64,000 nucleotides of DNA, taken from contig NC_042998.1 of assembly GCF_006345805.1 (NCBI RefSeq), positions 78,368,001 to 78,432,000 on the forward strand. Direction: 5' to 3'. Below are positions 24,967-37,950 of the stretch, one piece after another (position 1 is the stretch's first letter; the number at the start of each line of letters is the position of its first letter). Source of the stretch: Octopus sinensis. Lineage: Eukaryota. A program made the translations under genes and the position numbers. The notes under the pieces were generated by a model. It made no database searches, was not told the origin of the DNA, and saw only the letters and a program-made list of their open reading frames with translations.

Positions 24967-25540
24967 GTACTATTTTTTTTTAGTCTCCGTCTACTAAATC
25001 CGCTCACAAGGCCTTGGTCGGCCCATGGCTACAGAAAACATTCGCCAAATGTGCCATGCAGTGGGACTGAACCCGGGACCATTTAGTAAGAAAGTAAACT
25101 TCTTTGATGCACAGGTGCTTCTCTATACAGCGCCTAAGATAAAGAGGGCTAAATACGTTTGTAGTGAAAGTATTTGTGGTAAGAGCTGTAATATCCAATG
25201 TCTTCCAATGGAAGAGTTTTAAACCTCCTATTTCCGCAGTAGCCATTTATATTCGTGTAGAAGTATATATTTGTGTGTATTAAGAACTTTCATGCCTTTA
25301 TTTCTATGGGTAGTTTTCTTACGTATTCCTGTTCCCACTCGTCTCTTTTTCACTTTCTTTTTTCTCTTACTCACTTGTTCCTTCCTTCTTTCTCTCTTTC
25401 TCTTTTTCTTTCTCCTCTCATTCTCTCTCTCTCTCTCTCTCTCCCTCTCTCCCTCTCTCTCTTTCTCTCTCTTCCAATAGTTATTACGCTAAAGGAAATC
25501 CTTTGACATATAGCGTCCTCGGGGGTCAGTAAATCGAATA

Positions 25541-25770
25541 CCTATTTCTTTATTACCCACAAGGGGCTAAACACAGAGGGGACAAACAAGGACAGACATA
25601 GGTATTAGGTCGATTACATCGACCCCAGTGCGTAACTGGTACTTAATTTATCGACCCCGAAAGGATGAAAGGCAAAGTCGACCTCGGCGGAATTTGAAAT
25701 CACAACGTAACGCAGACGAAATACCGCTAAGCATTTCGCTCGGCGTGCTAACGTTTCTGCCAGCACACCG
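25541..25770 (-). mobile_element. SINE family B, tail type 1 (Tx1-like 3' end)
   Basis: Full head-body-tail structure. The plus-strand end TTTCTTTATTACCCACAAGGGGCTAAACACAGAGGGGACAAACAAGG aligns to the Tx1 3' end at 45625-45682. Confidence 0.88.
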
Positions 25771-26657
25771 GTTACATACTGAGAATGTTCTTGGACCTCC
25801 TACCAACGATTTTCTCTGCAAAACCAGGATATCGGCGGCTCATCTGAGAAATGAGCCCCGCGAGGTGGAGTAGCTGGTGCAGCCCTTCTCCGCAGCAACG
25901 ACATCGAGGTCATTACCACAAGGCACAGCTGAGTACACCATTTCTAGCCATCAAAAGACAAAAAAAAAAAAAGAAGATTTAATCCATCAACTATACTCGT
26001 CCCCTACAAATATCCGTAAGCCTTTTACCAGTATCAGTTACTCAATACATTTGACCGGTTAACTGGCAGAAACGGCGCTACGTTACTTTAATTCCCTCAT
26101 ACCTATACAATCTAAGTTCGAAGTCTTTATACCACCTTTCGAACGGCTAAAAGCTGCTGACAAATCTCCAGCTAATTATCACTATCATCTCAATGTTTCT
26201 CCGTCCCGTTTCCTAACATCAAACGTAATTAGCCGCTATACTACTTTCACTATGTCTCAAATTCTAGGACATACTGACTGATCGTTTAGTTCTCTGAGCT
26301 TATAATACTTTCACTAACTTAGTGTTTCGTGGAAACCCTAACAGATTGTTTGGTTAATTGATTCCTGAGAATATATACACAGAATTTTAACTGATTATGT
26401 ACTAATGTTCTATTGCTTATGTATTTCAGTAGGAATGGGCATCAGTTTAATTGTCCAAGTATAATTTGGGCGATTACGTGTATTATTATTGTTATTATTT
26501 CAGATCCTGCTGAGGTCATCTTAACTTTTTATCCTTTTGAGAATGATAATAATGTACCAGTTATATAGGGGAGTCGATTCCCTGAAAAACTATCTGCCAA
26601 AATAAATTTAGTAGTAGTAGTAGTAGTGTAGTAGTAGTAGTAGTAGTAGTAGTAGTA

Positions 26658-26845
26658 AGGCGGCGTGCTGGCAGAAACGTTAACACACCGGGCAAAATGC
26701 ACTTAGCGGCATTTTATCTGTCTTTACGTTCTGAGTTCGAATTCTGCCACGGTCGACTTTGCCTTTCATCCTTTCAGAGTTAAAATAAGTACCAGTTGAA
26801 TACTGGGGTCAATGGAATCGACTTACCCTTCTCCCGGAATTGTTA
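26658..26845 (+). mobile_element. SINE family B after (TAG)n
   Basis: AAGGCGGCGTGCTGGCAGAAACGTTAACAC head and GGTCGACTTTGCCTTTCATCC body. Confidence 0.8.
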
Positions 26846-26866
26846 TTATTAGTAGTAGTAGTTGTA

Positions 26867-27400
26867 GTGAGTGAGAGAGCAACGATTACCATCAAAGTGA
26901 CACTGGGTATAAATATGCGAAGCCCAGTATACCCACCATAACTACCCGTCTGATAAGGGTACACTAGGTACATACATCACAATCATATGTGCACGACATG
27001 GTGATCTCATATAGAGATACACAGCCTTGCAGGTGGAGCCCAATTAGAATTTCCTTCAGGTCGAGTAGCCAATCCCACTCAAAGGGTCTCCTTTATGGAT
27101 GAGCAAACCGACCATCTTTCCAGAGGTGAATTATTGAAACTTCAAGCAATTCTTTTCAATGCATGGCTATGATGCTCCCCCACGACTTCTACTCATCAGC
27201 AGAGATAGACGTATCGTCAGCCACTAAGGGACATGCTAAACTAGCTAAGGTCAAGCAACTGACAAGCAAATCTGTGATATTGAGCAGAATATTTGCTGTA
27301 GCACATCTTTTACACCAAGAGAACACATGTACATAACACATCCAATCAGTTAAGATTAAAAGCCATGAAATCCACAACCTGGTACTGCATCAGGGCAATT
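26867..27400. mobile_element. Family C repeat, copy 2, followed by (ATC)n/(ATT)n
   Basis: Colinear with 125-690. Confidence 0.8.
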
Positions 27401-27434
27401 ATCATAAGTATCGTTATTATCATCATCATCATCA

Positions 27435-27496
<62 letters not shown>

Positions 27497-27497
<1 letters not shown>

Positions 27498-27930
27498 GGC
27501 GGCGAGCTGATAGAATCGTTAGCACGCCGGGAAAATGCTTAATGGCATTTTATCTGTCCTTACATTCTGAGATCAAATTCCGCCGAGGTCGACTTTAGCT
27601 TTCATCTTTTCGAGGTCGATGAAACAAGTACCAGTTACGCACTGGGGTCGATATAATCGACCACCCCGCTTCCCCAAAATTTCAGGCCTTGTTCCCATAA
27701 TAGAAAGGATTATTATTATTATGAAGGCGGTGAAGTGGCAGAATCGTTAACACGTCGGGCAAAATGCTTTGCGGCATTTTGTTCGTCTTTACGTTCTGAG
27801 TTCAAGTTCCATCGAGCTCCCTTTCATCCTTTCAAGCTCGATGAAATAAGTGCCAGTTACGCATTGGGGTCGATATAATCAACTAGCACCCTTCCCCAAA
27901 ATCTCAGGCCTTGTCCCTTAGTAGAAAGGA
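27497..27930 (+). mobile_element. Two tandem SINE family B copies, tail type 2, separated by (ATT)n
   Basis: Two head-body units, each ending CAGGCCTTGT...TAGAAAGGA, with an (ATT)n-like tract after each. Confidence 0.82.
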
Positions 27931-27934
27931 ATAT

Positions 27935-30030
27935 TAGCATTATTTTACTTCTCAGAGTTCTCGGTCTTACTTGCTCTGATTGAATCTGTGGCAGCGGACA
28001 GCAACCTGTTGTCAGAGGTCTCACAGGGTCTCTTTCTGCAAATTATAAGCTTTGGAACCTGGATGTTAACATCATGGAAGACATTCAACACCCAAACACC
28101 AATCTCAAAATCCTAACTGTCCCCAATAGAACAGTTTAGGAGTGGGGGTCTTCTCTGCCCTCATGTCAATTCCAATTTCTCCAACATATTTCTCGAACCT
28201 GGTTGTTAGTGCTCCGAGTGCCCCTACAAATGCTGGGATAACAGTTACTCTCCTCATTGCCCACATTCTTGCAATTTCATCTTTTAGCAGTCTGTATTTC
28301 TCCATCTTTTTCAGTTATTGGTCATCTACGCGTGCATCCCCAACTATAGCAATATCTTGGTTTCCTTTTATCTTTTATCCACCACAACAATGTCTAGCCT
28401 CCTATCTAGTCTCCGATCATTGTCTAGTCTCCGATCAATGTCTAGTCTCCGATCATTGATTAGGGAGTCACAATGGATTGTAAAATCCCACAGAATCTTG
28501 TATTCCTTGTTTTCAGTGACGCCCTCTGGCTCATGTTTGAACCATTTACGTGATCTTATCAGACCATTCATTTCACATAGCCTCCAGTGAATCAACTTAG
28601 CCACGTTATCGTGCCTCTTTTTGTAGTGCTTTTGGGCCAGCTTGCTACATTCATTCATAATATGTGAGACTGTTTCGTTCTTGCTGCTACTCATCTTACA
28701 AAGGGGCGATTCACTGCACTTATCTATTTGGAACTTGGGGTAATTAGTTCTCGGGCCTTGTTCACTGTATCTCAGTGCATCCTTTCAGATCACTTTTTCC
28801 TAGCCATCTCCAGCTGTTGGTCTTGTCTTTATCTTCGATTTCTCTGATGTATTACGTGTGCATTGTTTTCATTTTTCATTTGTTTATTCTTTGTTTTACA
28901 TTTTGTTTCTTCAATGTTTATGGGTGCTTCACATTTTCGGTAGGTATCGTGTTATTATTTCTAACAGCAGCAAACAAGGATTCACTCTGCTGTTTAAAGC
29001 ACCATCCCAGACTGCTCTTCTCGTTGGCAACATAGATCTTGCATCCTATGAGGCCTCTTCCTCCCTTGTTCCTAGGCACAAACAATCAATCAATACCACT
29101 TTTTCGGGCAGGTCCTTCTTAACTGTCATCACTCTCCTGGTCCTTCTATCCATTTTCTCTGGCTCGTTCTTTGTCCGTATCGGACTGCGCTGTATCGGAG
29201 TGAGGAAACAGTCCATGTGTTTATTGCCCTAATCTTGTTCTTTCTATTGAGTCTACTTCCCATAGTTAATTTGGTACTGAGATATTCTCGTCTAAAGCTT
29301 TCCTTCATCTCATTCCCCTTGATTTTGTTATACTCCAAGATAGCCAGATACTTATAGCCATCAGTCTCAACATCCTTGATTTTCTCAACGTTGGATAGTT
29401 CTACATCAACAGACGACACCACTTTGTCTTTTTGTATAGTAAGCATACCACACTTTTTAGTCCCAAATTCCATCTAAATATCCTTATTGAATATCTGCAC
29501 TGAGATCAGGCCATTTATTTCACGTTCGGTCTTCACGAAGATTTTTTAAGTCATCCATATATAACAGATGATATAATTTTTCTCCATTTTTCAAGGTGTA
29601 CCCCGATGTCCCTTTCCGTAGTATCTGTGTGAGAGGTATCATACAAAACACAAACAGTAATGGTAATAGGCTATCACCCTGAAGTATGCTTCTTTTGATG
29701 CCCACATGATATTAATTGTCCACATGATGTTAATTCTGTATTCCAGTTCTTCATTGATAAAATTTAAGATGTTATCAGAGACCTGTACGAACACCTGACT
29801 TTCTAAAATCCAGGAATGAGGAACCATGTCATATGCTTTATTATAATCGATCCACGCCAAACCCAGGTAGGTTAGTATATCTTTTCATGCAGTCGCTAAG
29901 CATCTTTCTGCATATCAGAAGTTGATATTTTGTCCTTCGGCTTTTCCTCCTGCATCCCTTCTGTTCCACTGACAGCTTGTCATTCATTTCCAGGAAGTTA
30001 TACACATAATTAGATATTATTGTTGTCATC
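27935..30030 (-). mobile_element. R4/Dong-clade LINE (RT + CCHC-like + restriction-like endonuclease), 5'-truncated and degraded
   Basis: Fragments in order: EQKGCRRKSR, AWIDYNKAYDMVPHSW, ILQGDSLLPLLF, HLLYMDDLK, ETVSHIMNECSKLAQKHYKKRHDNVA, ILWDF, RRLDIVVVDK, KMEKYRLLKDEI, VGALG. The 3' end is AAAATAAT. Confidence 0.88.
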
Positions 30031-30599
30031 GAGGTGAGCTGGCAGAAACGTTAGCACGCCGGGCGAAATGCTTAGCGGTATTTCGTCTGCCGTTACGTTC
30101 TGAGTTCAAATTCCATATAAATGAAGGCTCTGCTCAGAAGACTGGAAAAGAAGATATCACTTCGCGAAGAAAGAACACCGTGTATTGACCATCTCAGGAC
30201 CAAGCTGTAGATTTTAAGCCTTTTATTTGATGTCTCAGATATGTGCTAGTAGAATAAGTTATATAAAATATTTACATGTTCATCTTCAGTGGAATCCAAG
30301 TCATATTGGCTTAATGCCGCTGCTTGTCTCATGGTTGCGCATCTCTCCAAGGTGAGATTAAGAACTGAGGAAGTCACATCTTTCTCGCTGTGAGCCGCAG
30401 AGAAAAGGAGAGAGAGACAAGTTCCAGAATTCCAAGGTAACACGCTACTCCGTCAGGGGAGGTAACTGCGCCAACAGAATATTAGCAAACCCCTAATATT
30501 CTTATTTGCCACACTTAACCCCCAAATAGCTAATTTTACAGTTGAAAGCAGTGGAAATTATTCAAACCTGCATTGTTGTTTGTTGTCATTGCTAATCTT

Positions 30600-31090
30600 A
30601 GCATGCCGGACAAAAAGCTCTGCGTTTGTTCAGGTTTTACGTTCAGAGTTCAAATGCCACTGAGGTCAACTTTGCCTCCCATCTTTTTTGTAGCCGATAA
30701 AAGTAAAGTATCAGTTGAGCTCTAAAGCTGATATAATCGACTAGCTTCACCCCCCAGATTTCAGACTTTGTGCCTATAATAGAAAAAAATATTATTACTA
30801 TGAAAGTAGGGGGTTGACAGAATCTTTAGCCCCGCGGACAAAATGCTTAACGTCATTTCTTCCGGCTCTTTACGTCCTGAGTTCAAATTATGTCGAGGTC
30901 AACTTTTGCCTTTCGTCTTTTCGAGGTTGATAAAATGAGTACCAGTTAAACTTTGGGGTCAATGTAATCGATTTATTCCCCCCCCCCCCGAAATTGCTGG
31001 CGTTATGTTATAACTTGAAACTATTATTAGTAGTATTGGCAGAATAGTTTACGCGACGGATAAAATGCTTAGCAGTTTTTCCTCCGGCTT
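30600..31090 (+). mobile_element. Cluster of old, diverged SINE family B copies
   Basis: Two GAGTTCAAAT...GAGGTCAACTTT...GATAAAA units and a third head at ~31035. Confidence 0.65.
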
Positions 31091-32689
31091 GATCGATGTG
31101 ACTTATTTGGAAAAATAATAGTGCAGTATGCAAGCATTGTGACTATGCACAAAATCACGTATATAAATCCGCTCTATCTGAACAAAGTATAGAAAAAAGT
31201 CTGATAATTGAACAAGTTCAAACATGTTTGTGAAAGTTAGTACTCCAAAATACTGAGGTAAAACATTTACAATTCAATATAGTGCAGTCAGAGCATATTA
31301 TTGCAGATTTCGATCGGTAGGTACCAAATCAAACCTAATAACAGATAACAGTAAAGAGAGTGTACTGAGAAAGGTTAAATTACATTGAGTAAAATACAGG
31401 AGTCTTATCGAAGATGTCATTTTGCAAGCCTTGTCTGAGTTTTCAAAATACTTGTTACTAACTGATGAATCAACTGATTACAAAACCATTGTGCTTATGT
31501 ATGAGATATCTTACTGCTAAACCTGAAAAAAAAAAAGCATTATTTTTATGGATAATTCTTGTTCTATAAAACAAAGGGTAAAATCCTTTATAAAGCAAAT
31601 GCAATGCAAAATGATTGGAAAAAAAAAACATTTATACAAACAGTTGCATTCAGACAGGATGAATGGTAACATACTCGCTGGCCTTGGCAGTGGATGTATT
31701 ACAAATTAATTTCTTTCTCAAGTAGAAATAGAAGAGTTACCAGTGGCTACATCTCACTACTAGAAATAATTCCTAGCGGACTTATACAAAGAAATTTTCT
31801 AGAAACTATCTTGACATATGAGGGGACTGATACAACATCACACTAGAGTGATTAGCGTCTTTGTAAGCAAAAGAAGCGTTATATTGTTTGCTATGTTGAC
31901 TTTTTCATCATATTAGTGGTACTAAAATTTCAAGTACTGAAATAGCATCAACTAAAAATTGGCCACCCAGAGTAGAGTAGTGAAAACTTAGTGTTAGGGT
32001 CTCCAAAGGTAAAAGAGGCAATAACCACAAGAAACGCTACATAGCTTGGAGAGAGCTTCAAAGACGTCTTTCATCAGGGAAGGAGTTAACTCTTTATTAG
32101 AAGTAACAATCCGATTTGAAGCAGTAAACTGCCGCATTGTTTGATGCGTATGATTTTCTGTTTTTTTTGTTTTTTTCTGTAGAGAAACGTGCTTTAGCGT
32201 TTCGTATGTCAGCACTTCGAATCGAAGACCCATAATAAGGAAACTTCTCAAAGCTGCGGGTAGAAAACCAAAAGATGACGAACACCTTCAAATTCAGTAC
32301 TTATCCCCCGGGTCACAGGATTAGTTTCTCACAATGTTTTAACTTTGTAAAGCAACAGATTTTGCTGAAAGGGGATTTGAAAATATTTTGTTGCTATTAT
32401 AGCTACAGATACAGATTCCCTCCACGCTAAGCTGACGTGTTTGTTGAAATATTTGTGCGAGGCAGAGGAAAGATTTCTCTTCTCAGATTACAACAAATAC
32501 ACATGGAAAAATACTGCTCAATTAATCACGAACTCATTAGAAAGAAACTGCAAGGTGCAATCATATAGCAACGGCGTTAACATAAATACGAAAATAATCA
32601 AAAGTGACCATATTCTCAATCTTTATTGAAATGACGGAGCAGAGAGCATATCAGATCAGGTGTGAGAACATTCGCCGTTGCAGCGCGTT

Positions 32690-33710
32690 ACTGAATGCAC
32701 CATTTCTCGGTATATTCTCAAGCGACCCGAGAAGCAGAGTCCCAGTCAGTCACCATTTCTACGAGATACCTCTTCAAATGCCGTAACCATGTGGCAGGTG
32801 GTCGACCAACACGAGATGTCTACCCAGCTGGATCCTCTGTCAAAAGAACATGGTAAGCAGGGTCTAACTCGGATATTCGAGCATCATGCTCATATGGTCT
32901 GAGCTGGTGCTCCCGAATCATACAGGTAACAGGACGCAACCCAGTTTCTGAGTTGAGTCGTTGGTCGTATACAAAATCTGACCGAAAGTAACCCATAATC
33001 CTGCGTAGCGTTCTGGTGCCAAAGCGGTTCTGGTGGTTCCTAAGGGCCCTGGACAGTGTCCAAGTCTCACAACTATAGAGCAGGACCAGGAGGATCAGAG
33101 ACCTGAAAACCCGAACTTTTGTCCTCCTGCACAGATATCGGCATCGCAAAACAACCTTGTCCAACGAATCCACAACTGCACAAGGCATTTTAGGACTTTT
33201 CACTCGCGGCTGATGCCGCTATGAATCTCACTACCAAGATAGGTGATGCTGTCAGCAACTTTGACATTCTCACCGGCATCAGAGACAGACGCGATGGAGT
33301 CAACCAAGAAGCCAACGAAGGACTGGAATTTTATCTTGACCCAAGAGACTCTGAGATCAAGTGGTTTAGCTTCCTCCTTTAGTGACAGTATTGCGCTTCT
33401 TAAGCCATTTAGAGACTCGGCAAGAATAACTGCGTCATCAGCAAAAATATAGGTCTGTAATCCTAGTTTCACTAATGAGTACACTACAACTCGATCGAGC
33501 AACCATTCGACTAAGTATCCAATCCATGCAGGCATTGAACAAAGTGGGAGTCAAGACACAACCCTGATGGACCCCAGATTTAACTGGGATTAGGTCAAAT
33601 GGTGAGCCCCCAACCCAAACAACAGTGACTGTTCCAGTGTACAGTGCCATCATGAGCCCATTCAATTGAGGAGGAATGATTCGCAGTTTCAGAATCCTGA
33701 AAAGCACTTC
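32690..33710 (-). mobile_element. RTE-clade LINE, RT and 3' region (degraded)
   Basis: IPVKSGVHQGCVLTPTLFNACMDWI, ITDL/FADDAVILAES, ITYLGSEI, RTKVRVFRSLILLVLLYSCETW. Confidence 0.85.
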
Positions 33711-33711
33711 C

Positions 33712-33975
33712 CGGCCCACCTGAAGCCTATTCGGGTGGAGACCTTCTGAAGGTTCATTCCCGTCTTTCACTGATGTCTTTGGAACTCGGTTGTTTGCGAA
33801 TTGCTATGGCAGCCCTATCAGATGTATATCAGCCAGGGAGGGTGACATCTCACCCGAAGGTTACACCTACAACTGGTTTCGACGTTCTGATGGGTGGTAT
33901 GCTGGTGGGGTAGCAGTTGCAGTGGCTGACTGGCTGGGTTCCAATGGTGTTATATTCAACATCTGTCAATGGAGT
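33712..33975 (+). mobile_element. RTE-clade APE endonuclease N-terminus, inverted relative to the adjacent RT
   Basis: KPIRV...RLSLMSLELGCLRIAMAALSDV / GDISPEGYTYNWFRRSDGWYAGGVAVAVADWL resembles the start of RTE APE domains (ALSEVR..G.G....GYTYYWSG...GVAIAV). Confidence 0.7.
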
Positions 33976-34349
33976 GCATATCGGAAGCCAAAATCATTTT
34001 AAAATTCTAATTCAAGTCCTAAACTCATAGGCTGCTCTCTAAACCAAGAGGTCTGAAAAATTTATAAATATTAAACCTCGACGAGTTTTTGATTTAGGAC
34101 TCAGTGCCTAAACAAATAGCGTATGGAATTCCATCGATGCTCTAACGGTTCGGCCGAATCGTTGTCTTGAACACATATGCGCTCATATGTACATTTAGAC
34201 ATACTAACAGTTAGATAATTTTAGATCTAATTTTATGGCAGTAAATAGATTCCTTTAGATAATTACTTTCCCCTTAAAGTTATGATGTAAAATACAAGGC
34301 TGAAAAGTGCCTAATCACTATCAATGATATTTGCAGGGCAACAAAAGTT

Positions 34350-34770
34350 TATTTCTTTATTGCCTACAAGGGGCTAAACATGAAGGGGACAAACAAGGAC
34401 AGACAAAGGGATTAAGTCGATTATATCAACCCCAGTGGGTAATGGTACTTATCGACCCTGAAAGGATGAAAGGCAAAGTCAACCACGGCGGAATTTGAAC
34501 TCAGAACGTAACGGTAGACGAAATGCCAATTTCTTTTACTACCCACAAGGGGCTAAACACAGAGAGGACAAACAAGGACAGACAAATGGATTAAGTCGAT
34601 TATATCGACCCCAGTGCGTAACTGGTACTTATTTAATCGACCCCGAAAGGATGAAAGGCAAAATCAACCTCGGCGGAATTTGAACTCAGAACGTAACGGC
34701 AGACGAAATACCGATGAGCATTTCGCCTGGTGTGCTAACGTTTCTGCATGCTCACCGCCTTCTACTGCCA
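34350..34770 (-). mobile_element. Tandem dimer of SINE family B, both tail type 1
   Basis: Two GGCTAAACA-GAG-GGACAAACAAGGACAGACAAA...GAATTTGAACTCAGAACGTAACG units joined at ~34527. Confidence 0.85.
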
Positions 34771-35454
34771 GCTTGCCGCCTTGCAGGGCAACAAATGTTG
34801 TGCTACGATGAGTGCACTGAGCATTGTGCCAGTTTCGCTGCATAATTGTGCCGAAACTACAAATCTGACTTAATGATTACTGAAAAATAAATATACAAAC
34901 TTTAGTTTACTTCAACCTGACTTAAAATATTTCTGAGCGTGTATTGTTAGGTTTCGAAGCAAATAAATGCTAGAACAGAAATATCATAAAGAAAATCAGA
35001 TTTAGTTTATAAAATTCCAGCGAATATATGCACACAACTTCACACTCGAAAGATAGTTTTATAGAGCGAAGTGGAAAAAATGAATAAGAAAAAGCAAGTC
35101 GTATATATAACAGGCTGAATATAGATAGAAAGAATTGGAGAGGAAGAGTGATGAAGGAATACGAATAGTAAGCTAATCAAGACGGTCCTCCTGTCACCTG
35201 AACGTCGCCCAAATAACTTTATTGGTATGATTTATTCCAGACCACAATTTTACATTGATATGTAAGGTGAATCGAGAAGGTAACACTTAGCAGAAACATG
35301 TATTTTATTTTACCAACTTTAACAAGTTAGTGATTGCTGTTGAAGAGGTACTTGTTCAAAATCATTAGCATCTTCAGCAAGTTAGGAGATGCAGAGAACT
35401 GGAAGAAAAGGTGTATATTTCTTAGGTGGGAGTGTATAAAAGAATAATACTTTC

Positions 35455-35645
35455 TGCTGTAAACATAAGGCCTGAAAATTGTTGGGAGAAGGCTAGTCGA
35501 TTACATCGACCCCAGTGCTCGACCGGCACTTATTTTATCGACCCTGGAAGGATGAAAGGCAAAGACGACCTCAGTAGAATTTGAACTCAGAAGCTAAAAC
35601 CAAAGGATATGCCACTAAGCATCTTGTTCGCCAACTCACCGCCTT
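35455..35645 (-). mobile_element. SINE family B, tail type 2, diverged
   Basis: AGGCCTGAAAATT...GTCGATTACATCGACCCCAG...GGATGAAAGGCAAAG. Confidence 0.7.
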
Positions 35646-36599
35646 AGTGTATAAAAGGATAATAGTATGTATGATAGTGCAATGTTACTACCCTTTAGTG
35701 TTTATATGTATCACATTCCCATCACTATACTATGTATCCAGTATATATCCTGATACACTAGTTATGTAGTGATGTACTGCAAACCAACATCTTTCACAAT
35801 ATTTCGTAACAGGGGACACCAAAGTAAATTTCCCACCATAATCCATGATTATAGTATTGAGATTAATATTTATTAGAAATTAACCATCTTTGGTGAGTGG
35901 GTGGTGCTCACGTAGTACACCCAGAATATAGGCCTTTCAATGTCGACACTCAAAGATAACGGCGTAATTCAACACTGAGAGCCACTATTTTAATCATATT
36001 TCTCAACGAAAATAATGATGGAAGGATGGAATATGATATTAATATTTTTTTTAATATTTCACACACATCACCTAAGATACAATCATTATACGCTTAACTT
36101 CTACTTCATAGAGATATAATTCTTTCAAGGTACGACAATATCTAAACTATAAAAATAGACACTGAAAACTAAAGCATGAAATTGTTACTTTGTTTTTTGT
36201 TTTTAAATACATATTAAAACAAAGTTAGACGTAATGCGTGCAGAATGTTTCTTTTGCGATTTTCCAATAATAATTTACCTTTCTACTGGCCATTAGGGCA
36301 AGATATCAAAATATCATTCTTTCAGTTGGGGTAGGTAAATAAATAAACCAAGAGAGATCAAATGTAAAGATTGAATCAAAACAATTGAACGGCGAAATAT
36401 TACGAAGTTCGCCAGATTCAAATCTAAACAATTTTTGTTATCACTTTTGAAGCAAGTAATGGGGAAACGCGCACTTACAATTTTTTGCTTTGTAAATATT
36501 TATTTCTTGATTTGTCCCTATAGTAATGTTGTCTAAACATGGACTACGCATTACTGCTGTCTTCCTGTATGTGAACATAAAGAAAGAGATAATGTAAAA

Positions 36600-37950
36600 T
36601 TCGAAAATTAGAAGTTTTATGGAGATTTGACGTTGGTCAGTACATAGGCTACCAGAAGATTTCTTGATCTGCAGCCAAAAACAGTACGAAAAATTCACAA
36701 GAATGACGAAAAAAATGAAAGTTTTGCTCAAAATGTAATGTCTTCAGCTACTTCAAAATTAGCTGAGAATATAACTAGCATAATGGAAAATATAGAAAAG
36801 CTTTTAAATATCTGGATAGATAACATATACCGGTGTTACTCTTTATGTTAGCTACATGCTATACAAATGAAAGAGCTTTAACTATACTAAATAACCTAAA
36901 CAAAACACAGGGTTCAAGTGTTTCGTAGCAAGTTGTGATCAGTTTGTGTGTTTCGAGAATCGCTCAAAATTGCATCACATACAGATAACAGAAGTGTCTG
37001 CAAGCGTCGACAAAGAATGCAGCTGTTCCCAGCTTTGCTGAAAAGTTGTGTATATCATTCTCAAATGATACACACCACAGCAAAATTTTAATGCAGACAA
37101 ACTTGTTTTGGAAGTGAAAGCCACAACGTACTTACTGCAGGCTGCCAAAAATATTACGACTCTCATACTTGATGGAAATACTTCGAGTTCTCACTGCTTA
37201 TCATTCTGGGATACCAGTAGATTTGAAAATATATTCTGAATCGCATCTTCGTGTAATAAGGAAATCAAATGAAAAGGAGTGGCCTACTATAATTTAGTTC
37301 TAAGATTGGTTTATATCATGTTTCTGCTCAGCTGTCAAAGAATGTTGCCAGACTACGTAACTTGAAAATAAGGATTTGCTTCTTTGTGTCAGTGCTCCGG
37401 TTTACTCATATAACAGGATAACTACACAGATAACTTTTAAATAGCTTTTCTGATTCATCTATGGGCTGGGAGATTCTTCAAAGCCTACTACTTACAAGCA
37501 CACCTTTAAACAATTGTTTGAGGTCTTACATGGCGAAATTAAACCAACTATAAAAGAATTTAAGCGTGGTGCTATATCATGAATGCTACTGGAAATTTGA
37601 TAGGGGCATAACGATGAGTGAAAACAATCATAGTGAATCGTATCCAAAGTAAAATTTATCCAAACTGCTTTGCAGATTTCCAGGTAATGAAAAGTCAATA
37701 GAGAAAGCTCATCAGAAGATTGCTGAGATGATACACTAGGCTGAATATAATGAAATATATTAAGATTTAGTGGAGTTACTTGAATCTTAGGGGGTAAAAA
37801 ATGCCTAACGAGGATTTCGCAGGTATGGAACAGCGCTGTGCTGAAGCTGAAGAGTGAGGTGCACAAACATCACGAATTTTGACAGCTAAATATTTATCTC
37901 AGGCTTTCCAGTTTTTAGACAAAGCTATACCCATGTACACACACACACAC
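36600..37950 (+). mobile_element. Tigger/pogo-like (Tc1/mariner superfamily) transposase relic
   Basis: Colinear frameshifted fragments: RKLEVLWRFDVG (HTH), MENIEKLLNIWIDN, FVASCDQF..FENRSKLHHIQIT..SAS, QQNFNAD/LFWK.KPQRTY, FKAYYL/TFKQLFE. Confidence 0.7.

Noticed and set aside
30262-30360. LHVHLQWNPSHIGL (RNase H-like WIPSH motif) or a 62-nt AG...GT exon candidate
   Set aside because: No downstream GNE..D motif, no neighbouring exons, and too short to support either call.
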